From: Actinomycetota bacterium
GTDB lineage: Bacteria > Actinomycetota > UBA4738 > HRBIN12
NCBI GenBank assembly: GCA_044865955.1
Contig: JBIOTM010000172.1
Span: 1 to 60,567 of the forward strand
Direction: 5' to 3'
Length of the DNA stretch: 60,567 bases
A program made the translations under genes and the position numbers. A model generated the notes under the pieces. The model did not search any database. It was not told the origin of the DNA and saw nothing but the letters and a program-made list of their open reading frames with translations. Shown piece by piece: positions 55,198-60,567 of the stretch; position 1 is the first letter of the stretch, and each line of letters begins with the position of its first letter.

Positions 55198-55758
55198 CTA
55201 GACGCCGCCGCCGGTCCAGTCCGGCTGCTCCTCGGCCCCGGCCGCCTTCGCGACCCGGAGGCCCTTCTGCTGGATCCCTCGTTCGCCACGACCGAGCGCG
55301 ATCCGACCCGTGCGCGACAGCTCCACGACGCCGTATTCGGACAGGAGCTCGCGCAGCGCCTCCAGCTTCTCCGGCTTGCCCGAGGCCTCGACCGTGAGTG
55401 TCGAGCTCGTCACGTCCACGATGTTCGCCCGGAACACCTCCGCGATCTCCATGATCCGGGCACGGGCGTCTCCCTTCGCCCTCACCTTCGCGAGCATCAG
55501 CTCGCGCTCGACCGCGGCCCCCGGATCGTGCTCGAGGATCTTGATCACGTTCACCAGCTTGTTGAGCTGCTTCGTGACCTGCTCGAGCGGCTTGGACTCC
55601 ACGTGCACGACGATCGTCATGCGGGAGAGGCCGGCCGACTCCGTCGGACCCACCGCGAGCGAGTCGATGTTGAACCCGCGCGCCGAGAACAGCCCCGCCA
55701 CGCGCGCCAGCACCCCCGGCTTGTCCTCCACCAGCACGGAGAGCGTGTGCAGGCTCAT
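55198..55758 (-). CDS. ilvN: Acetolactate synthase small (regulatory) subunit
   Basis: [40 protein letters not shown] (ACT domain). The ATG at 55758 overlaps the ilvB stop (ATGA). Confidence 0.9.
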   Translation of the reverse strand: MSLHTLSVLVEDKPGVLARVAGLFSARGFNIDSLAVGPTESAGLSRMTIVVHVESKPLEQVTKQLNKLVNVIKILEHDPGAAVERELMLAKVRAKGDARARIMEIAEVFRANIVDVTSSTLTVEASGKPEKLEALRELLSEYGVVELSRTGRIALGRGERGIQQKGLRVAKAAGAEEQPDWTGGGV

Positions 55759-57500
55759 GCGATCGGAGCCTCCGCCGGATCGTCCTGGGGCCGGAGCCCC
55801 TCGGGGCCCGTGATGATGTCGTCGTTCGAGGCGCCGGCGGGGACCATCGGGAAGCACATCTCGCGGTCGTCGCACCGGAAGTCGATCACGACGCTCCGGT
55901 CGTCGACCGAGAGCGCCTTCTCGATCACCCCGTCGACCTCCTCGGGCCGCTCCGCCCGCAGCCCGACCGCGCCGTAGGCCTCGGCGAGCTTCACGTAGTC
56001 GGGCACGTCGTAGGACAGGTGCACCTGCGAGTACCGCTCGTCGTAGAAGAGCTCCTGCCACTGCCGGACCATCCCGAGGGAGGCGTTGTTGATGATCGCC
56101 GTGACGAACGGGATCTTCTCCGTCGTCGAGGTGGCCAGCTCCTGCGAGGTCATCTGGAAGCACCCGTCCCCGTCGATCGCGATCACGCGCCGGTCGGGCC
56201 GGCCCGCCGCCGCGCCCAGCGCGGCCGGCACGGCGAAGCCCATCGTGCCGAGCCCTCCGGAGTTGATCCAGGTCCGGGGCTTCTCGAAGGACCAGAACTG
56301 CGACGCCCACATCTGGTGCTGGCCGACGCCGGCCACGACGATCGTGTCCCCGTCGCTGTGCGCCCGGAGCCGTTCGATGCAGTACTGCGCCTTGAGCGGC
56401 CCGTCCGCCTGCTGGTCGTAGCGGAGGGGGAACGCGGCCTGCCATCCGGCGAGCTGCGCGAGCCAGGCGCTGCGGTCCGGCACGCCGGCCTCGTCCTGCC
56501 GCCTGGTGAGCTCCGCGACCAGCTTGGCGGTCACGTCCTTGCAGTCGCCGACGATGGGGACGTCCGCGACGCGGTTCTTCCCGATCTCGGCCGGATCGAT
56601 GTCGACGTGCACGATCTTCGCGTCCGGCGCGAACGTCGCGAGCTTGCCCGTCACGCGGTCGTCGAAGCGCGCCCCGATCGCGACGAGCAGGTCGGCCTTC
56701 TGCATCGCCGTGACCGCGGTGTAGACGCCGTGCATCCCGGGCATCCCGAGGCAGAGCTCGTGGGTGTCGGGGAACGCTCCGCGCGCCATCAGCGTGGTGA
56801 CGACCGGGAGGTGTCCCGTCGTCGCCAGCTCGAAGAGCTCCTCCGTCGCGTCGGCCTTGATGACGCCGCCGCCGACGTACAGGACCGGCCGCTCCGCCTC
56901 CAGGATCAGTTTGGCCGCCTCGACGACCTGGCGCATGTTGCCCTTCGTCGTCGGCCTGTAGCCGGGGAGGTCGACCCGGTCGGGCCAGCGCCAGGTCGTC
57001 TCGTTCACGAGGACGTCCTTCGGGAGGTCGACCAGCACCGGGCCCGGCCGCCCCGTCCGGGCGATGTGGAAGGCTTCCCGGATCGTCTCGGCGACGTCGC
57101 CGGGGTCCTTCACCAGGAAGTTGTGCTTGGTGATCGGCATCGTGATGCCGGTGATGTCGGCCTCCTGGAAGGCGTCGTTGCCGACGACCGGGGTCGGGAC
57201 CTGACCGGTGATCGCGACGATCGGCACCGAGTCCATCTTCGCGTCGGCGAGAGCCGTGACCAGGTTGCAGCCGCCCGGCCCGGACGTGGCCATCGCGACC
57301 CCGACCTTGCCCGTCGCCCAGGCATAGCCCTCCGCCGCGTGCCCGGCCCCCTGCTCGTGCCGGCAGAGGACGTGGCGGATGCCGGAGTCGAGCAGCGGAT
57401 CGTACGCGGGCAGGATGGCCCCGCCGGGGATCCCGAAGACGATGTCGACCCCTTCGCCCTCGAGGGCCCGGAACAGCGCCTGGGCGCCGGAGACCCTCAT
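55755..57500 (-). CDS. ilvB: Acetolactate synthase large (catalytic) subunit
   Basis: [61 protein letters not shown]. The ATG at 57500 overlaps the stop of the upstream 100-aa ORF (ATGA). The track ORF extends to 57752 in R/G-rich sequence. Confidence 0.9.
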   Translation of the reverse strand: MRVSGAQALFRALEGEGVDIVFGIPGGAILPAYDPLLDSGIRHVLCRHEQGAGHAAEGYAWATGKVGVAMATSGPGGCNLVTALADAKMDSVPIVAITGQVPTPVVGNDAFQEADITGITMPITKHNFLVKDPGDVAETIREAFHIARTGRPGPVLVDLPKDVLVNETTWRWPDRVDLPGYRPTTKGNMRQVVEAAKLILEAERPVLYVGGGVIKADATEELFELATTGHLPVVTTLMARGAFPDTHELCLGMPGMHGVYTAVTAMQKADLLVAIGARFDDRVTGKLATFAPDAKIVHVDIDPAEIGKNRVADVPIVGDCKDVTAKLVAELTRRQDEAGVPDRSAWLAQLAGWQAAFPLRYDQQADGPLKAQYCIERLRAHSDGDTIVVAGVGQHQMWASQFWSFEKPRTWINSGGLGTMGFAVPAALGAAAGRPDRRVIAIDGDGCFQMTSQELATSTTEKIPFVTAIINNASLGMVRQWQELFYDERYSQVHLSYDVPDYVKLAEAYGAVGLRAERPEEVDGVIEKALSVDDRSVVIDFRCDDREMCFPMVPAGASNDDIITGPEGLRPQDDPAEAPIA

Positions 57501-57799
57501 CGAGCGACGGCCTCCCGATCCAGATCCTCGACCGGCCCGGTCTCGACCCGCTTGACCGTGGCTCGCAGGCTGCGGGCCAGGTTGCGGCACGCCCGCTCGA
57601 ACTCCCAGGGCGTCCAGTCGCGCCTTCGGCTCTGCAGGTCCTCGCCGCCGAAGCCGCTCAGGTACGTGACCTCGGAGGCCAGGTACCGGTCGACGGTCGC
57701 CCTGGTCACGGGGTCGTCGGTCTCGACGCTCACCTGGCCGGGTCCCTCCCACAGGACGCTGGCCACGGTGGCGCCGTCCTTCTCGAACTCGTAGCGCAT
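57497..57799 (-). CDS. Hypothetical 100-aa protein, first cistron of the ilv-leu operon
   Basis: The ATG is preceded by GAGGAGGA. Composition is balanced (W, Y, F, K present) with high GC3. No family recognised. Confidence 0.55.
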   Translation of the reverse strand: MRYEFEKDGATVASVLWEGPGQVSVETDDPVTRATVDRYLASEVTYLSGFGGEDLQSRRRDWTPWEFERACRNLARSLRATVKRVETGPVEDLDREAVAR

Positions 57800-57846
57800 G
57801 GTGGTCCTCCTCTCGGTCTCCTCGTTCCTTCGGCAGGTTGAGGGAT

Positions 57847-57873
57847 AAGAAAAACCCCCCGCGATGCGGAGGG
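57847..57873 (-). terminator. Intrinsic terminator (attenuator) in the ilv leader
   Basis: The minus strand reads CCCTCCGC-AUC-GCGGGGGG followed by UUUUUCUU. It lies between the leader peptide and the first operon cistron. Confidence 0.55.
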
Positions 57874-57911
57874 TCTCGGCGCGAGCACGGGCCTCCTGGG
57901 CCCGGCCGCGC

Positions 57912-57962
57912 CTAACCGATAAGTACGAGGACGGTGCTCGGGACGGTCCTCGCGCTCGTCAT
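57912..57962 (-). CDS. Branched-chain amino-acid leader peptide (16 aa) of the ilv-leu operon
   Basis: Own translation: MTSARTVPSTVLVLIG-stop, with five consecutive Val/Leu/Ile codons. No obvious SD, so it is possibly leaderless. Confidence 0.5.
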   Translation of the reverse strand: MTSARTVPSTVLVLIG

Positions 57963-57971
57963 GGTCGAGCC

Positions 57972-58000
57972 AGTGTGGGGGCTGGTCCCAGGAGTGTCAA
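57972..58000 (-). promoter_or_regulatory. Candidate promoter of the ilv leader
   Basis: The minus strand has TTGACA (57995-58000), a 17-nt spacer, then CACACT (57972-57977). The leader ATG starts 9 nt further downstream. Confidence 0.4.
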
Positions 58001-58024
58001 CCCCGGGATCGGCGACGGCCTAGG

Positions 58025-58507
58025 ATGAGGCTCATGCGGCGCCCGCTGCGATGGGTCGGGGTCCTGCCCGTCGTCGGGTTGGTGCTCGGCGGCACCTTCG
58101 GGTTCATCGCCTCCCGCACGATCGGCTGTGAAACCGACGGCGCCCTCTCGCCGAACGCCACCTGCTACCGGATCCTCGGGCACTACCTCTCCGCAACGAC
58201 CTACTACACGGCTGCAGCCGGGCTCGTGGGGACCGGAGTCGGACTCGTGCTCGGGATCTTCCTGGCCCTGCCGGTGCTCCTCCGAAGGAGTCGTCAGCAG
58301 GCATCTCCGATCCACCCGCTGGAGGTCCCTGCGGTCTGGTTCGGCCTCCAGCTCGTCGAGCTCTTCGTCCTCATCCCGGCGCTCCTGTTCTGGGTGCCCG
58401 ATCCGGGCGTGTGGCCGGAGGCGGCCAGGATCTCCGTCTGGGTGGTCGCTCTCGTCGGAATCACGATCGTGAACTACGCGATCCGGCGCCGGTACATCCC
58501 TCGCTGA
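58025..58507 (+). CDS. Hypothetical membrane protein
   Basis: Four hydrophobic segments (WVGVLPVVGLVLGGTFGFIA, AAAGLVGTGVGLVLGIFLALPVLL, FGLQLVELFVLIPALLFWV, ISVWVVALVGITIV). Confidence 0.5.
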   Translation: MRLMRRPLRWVGVLPVVGLVLGGTFGFIASRTIGCETDGALSPNATCYRILGHYLSATTYYTAAAGLVGTGVGLVLGIFLALPVLLRRSRQQASPIHPLEVPAVWFGLQLVELFVLIPALLFWVPDPGVWPEAARISVWVVALVGITIVNYAIRRRYIPR

Positions 58508-58562
58508 GGGATCGACCCGGAGCTCGACCGCCCGACCGCCCCGGTGCTAGCGTTCGCGCGCC

Positions 58563-59465
58563 ATGCGCACCGATCCCCGCCTGGACGCGGTGCTCGAACG
58601 GCTGTGGCCGGGCCGCGAGCCCACCCTGACCCCACTCACCGCCGGGATCACGAACGCGAACGTGAAGGTCGAGCTCGACGGCGAAGCCTTCGTGGTCAGG
58701 CTACCGGGGCTCGATACGGAGCTGCTCGGGATCGACAGGAAAGCCGAGCTCGAGGCGACCCGGACCGCGGCGGCGGCCGGCGTCGGCCCGGAGGTCGTGG
58801 ACTTCGTCGACGGGTGCCTGGTGACGCGCTTCGTGCCGGGCGAGCCGATCTCCGAGGAGGACCTGCAGCGCGACCACGTCCTGGCGAAGATCGTGCGATC
58901 CGTCCGGGCGATCCACGCCGCTCCCCCGATCGCCTCGACCTTCCCGGTGTTCCGGATCGTCGAGGCGTACCGGGACCTGGCCGCTTCGCGCGGCGTGTCG
59001 ATCCCCGACGCCTACGACGTCGCGCGTACGAAGGCCGTCCGGATCGAACGCGCCTTCGAACGGCACCCGATGCCGCCCACCACCTGTCACAACGACCTGC
59101 TGAACGCGAACTTCCTGATGGACGGCGATCACGTCCGGATCGTGGACTACGAGTACGCGGGCATGGGTGATCCGTTCTTCGATCTCGGCAACCTCGCGAT
59201 CAACAACGGCCTGGGGCCGGATGCGCAGGACACGCTCCTGCGTCTGTACTTCGACGACGTCCGAGACGTCCACCGTGCCCGTCTCGGGCTGATGCGCGTG
59301 ATATCGGACTTCCGCGAGGCGATGTGGGGCGTCCTCCAGCAGGGGATCTCCACGCTCGACGTCGATTACGTCGCGTACGCCGAGAAGCACTTCGGGAGGA
59401 TGTTGGAGAACGCCGCCGACGACCGCTTCGACGCGTGGCTCGAGGCGGCCGGGGGTCCCGCATGA
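58563..59465 (+). CDS. Choline/ethanolamine-kinase-like phosphotransferase (APH fold)
   Basis: LTAGITNANVKV..FVVRLPG.. and the Brenner/kinase motifs CHNDLLNANFL..IVDYEYAGMGDPFFDLGN. Confidence 0.75.
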   Translation: MRTDPRLDAVLERLWPGREPTLTPLTAGITNANVKVELDGEAFVVRLPGLDTELLGIDRKAELEATRTAAAAGVGPEVVDFVDGCLVTRFVPGEPISEEDLQRDHVLAKIVRSVRAIHAAPPIASTFPVFRIVEAYRDLAASRGVSIPDAYDVARTKAVRIERAFERHPMPPTTCHNDLLNANFLMDGDHVRIVDYEYAGMGDPFFDLGNLAINNGLGPDAQDTLLRLYFDDVRDVHRARLGLMRVISDFREAMWGVLQQGISTLDVDYVAYAEKHFGRMLENAADDRFDAWLEAAGGPA

Positions 59466-60567
59466 CCGAGGGGTTCCGGGCGATCGTGATCGGCGGCGGC
59501 GTCGGCGGCGCGTCGATCGCCTATCACCTCGTGTCGCTGGGCTGGCCGGAGATCCTGCTCCTCGAGCGGAGCGACCTCACGTCCGGCTCGACGTTCCATT
59601 CCGCGGGGCTCGTCGGACAGCTGCGGTCCTCCGTGAGCCTCACTCGGATGATGATGTACGGCACCGACCTCTACCGGAAGCTGCAGGCGGAAACCGACGT
59701 CGACGTGTCCTGGCACGAGGTCGGCTCCCTCCGGCTCGCCTCGTCCGAGGAGCGCATGCAGGAGCTGCAGCGCCAGGCCGGCTGGGGGCGGACCTTCGGA
59801 CTGCCGCTCGAGATCCTCTCGACCGACGAGGCGCGCGGCCGGTTCCCGCTCTTCGATCCGGACGGCGTCCTCGGCGCCGCGTACCTCCCCACCGACGGCT
59901 ACCTCGACCCGTCGGGGCTGACGTTCGCCCTGGCCGAGGGGGCCCGTCGCGGTGGCGCGGAGATCCGCACGAACGTGCGCGTGACCGGGATCGACGTCGA
60001 CCGCGACCGGGTCCGCGGCGTGACGACCGAGGAGCACGGGCCGATCGGCGCCGACGTCGTGGTGAACGCCGGCGGGATGTACGCGAACCAGCTCGGGAGG
60101 CTGGCCGGCGTCGAGGTGCCGGTGGTGCCTTTCGGTCATCAGTACCTCCTCACGGAGCCCGTCGACGGCGTCCGCGCGGAGATGCCGACGATGCGCGACC
60201 CCGACCGGCTGGTCTACGTCCGCCCGGAGGCCGGCGGCGGCCTCGTGGTGGGCGGCTACGAACGGAGCCCCGATCCGTGGAGCGTCGAGCAGGGACCCCC
60301 GGCCGACTTCAACGGGAGGCTGCTCGCCGAGGACTGGCCGCGGTTCGAACCGCTGGCGGCCTCCGCTTCCTCGCTGATCCCCGCGCTGGGAGACGCCGGG
60401 GTGGTCAGGCTGCTCAACGGCCCGGAGGCGTTCACCCCCGACGGCGAGTTCATCCTGGGGGAGTCGGACGTCAGGGGGTTCTTCGTCGCCGCCGGGTTCT
60501 GCGCGCACGGCATCGCCGGCGCCGGCGGGATCGGCAAGGTGATGGCCGAGTGGATCGTCGACGGCGA
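59462..60567 (+). CDS. FAD-dependent oxidoreductase of the dimethylglycine/sarcosine dehydrogenase family (N-terminal part; runs off the right edge)
   Basis: Own translation: MTEGFRAIVIGGGVGGASIAYHL..TSGSTFHSAGLVGQLR..VVNAGGMYA..GFCAHGIAGAGGIG. The ATG overlaps the kinase stop (ATGA). It is not in the track because no stop is present. Confidence 0.85.
   Translation, partial: MTEGFRAIVIGGGVGGASIAYHLVSLGWPEILLLERSDLTSGSTFHSAGLVGQLRSSVSLTRMMMYGTDLYRKLQAETDVDVSWHEVGSLRLASSEERMQELQRQAGWGRTFGLPLEILSTDEARGRFPLFDPDGVLGAAYLPTDGYLDPSGLTFALAEGARRGGAEIRTNVRVTGIDVDRDRVRGVTTEEHGPIGADVVVNAGGMYANQLGRLAGVEVPVVPFGHQYLLTEPVDGVRAEMPTMRDPDRLVYVRPEAGGGLVVGGYERSPDPWSVEQGPPADFNGRLLAEDWPRFEPLAASASSLIPALGDAGVVRLLNGPEAFTPDGEFILGESDVRGFFVAAGFCAHGIAGAGGIGKVMAEWIVDG

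Noticed and set aside
57959-58315. 118-aa minus-strand ORF overlapping the ilv leader start
   Set aside because: It is P/G/R/E-rich and antisense to the 58025..58507 membrane-protein gene. The leader peptide and promoter explain this region better.
1-60567. Mobile elements, prophage, rRNA or tRNA genes
   Set aside because: No transposase, integrase or phage-like ORFs were seen, and no long terminal inverted repeats. Intergenic gaps are all under about 200 nt and none shows tRNA-like cloverleaf sequence. Coding density leaves no room for rRNA.

Overview
This is a densely coding, high-GC segment (about 70% by eye) that looks like Actinomycetota chromosome. Supporting signs are deazaflavin/F420-type enzymes, a stand-alone LigD polymerase domain, frequent GTG/TTG starts and many ATGA/GTGA-coupled genes. 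The organism assignment is inference only. All family calls come from reading motifs by eye, and no searches were run.

I call about 60 CDS. I recognised no rRNA, tRNA or CRISPR array, and no transposase or integrase genes. Most very long ORFs in the track are Arg/Pro/Gly-rich shadow frames of real genes and were rejected. Two edge-truncated genes are absent from the track and were translated by hand: 1..1410 (-) and 59462..60567 (+).

Main content:
- **Cyclase genes.** Five class-III adenylate/guanylate cyclase-domain genes lie within 41 kb, four of them fused to STAND/P-loop ATPase plus TPR-like regions.
- **Two-component systems.** There are three: NarL-type, PAS-kinase with a REC-HD-GYP regulator, and OmpR-type.
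- **Other regulators.** A PadR/HAAS pair and a STAS/XRE pair.
- **Amino-acid biosynthesis.** A complete orf100-ilvB-ilvN-ilvC-leuA-leuB-cimA operon with a leader-peptide attenuator.
- **Other functions.** An IPCT/DIPPS-like fusion, an ArfB-like rescue factor, an eRF1/Vms1-like protein next to a bactofilin, secreted BNR and GH25 proteins, and betaine/one-carbon genes.

Best candidates for something undescribed:
1. A divergent four-gene module at 37245..41699. A zinc-ribbon-cyclase-STAND gene is translationally coupled to an 80-aa protein with 21 His, and it faces a STAS-XRE pair across a 34-bp composite palindrome.
2. A cyclase domain fused to an orphan C-terminal domain of about 230 aa, interrupted by an apparent frameshift, divergent from the c-di-GMP two-component pair.
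3. An intramembrane-type two-component system whose kinase and accessory membrane protein both carry His/Trp/Pro-rich tails.
4. An ArfB-like protein whose catalytic GGQ reads GGR.
5. A 14-bp x 3.5 tandem repeat abutting the RBS of a small ORF.

None of these is proven. Each needs database searches or experiments.
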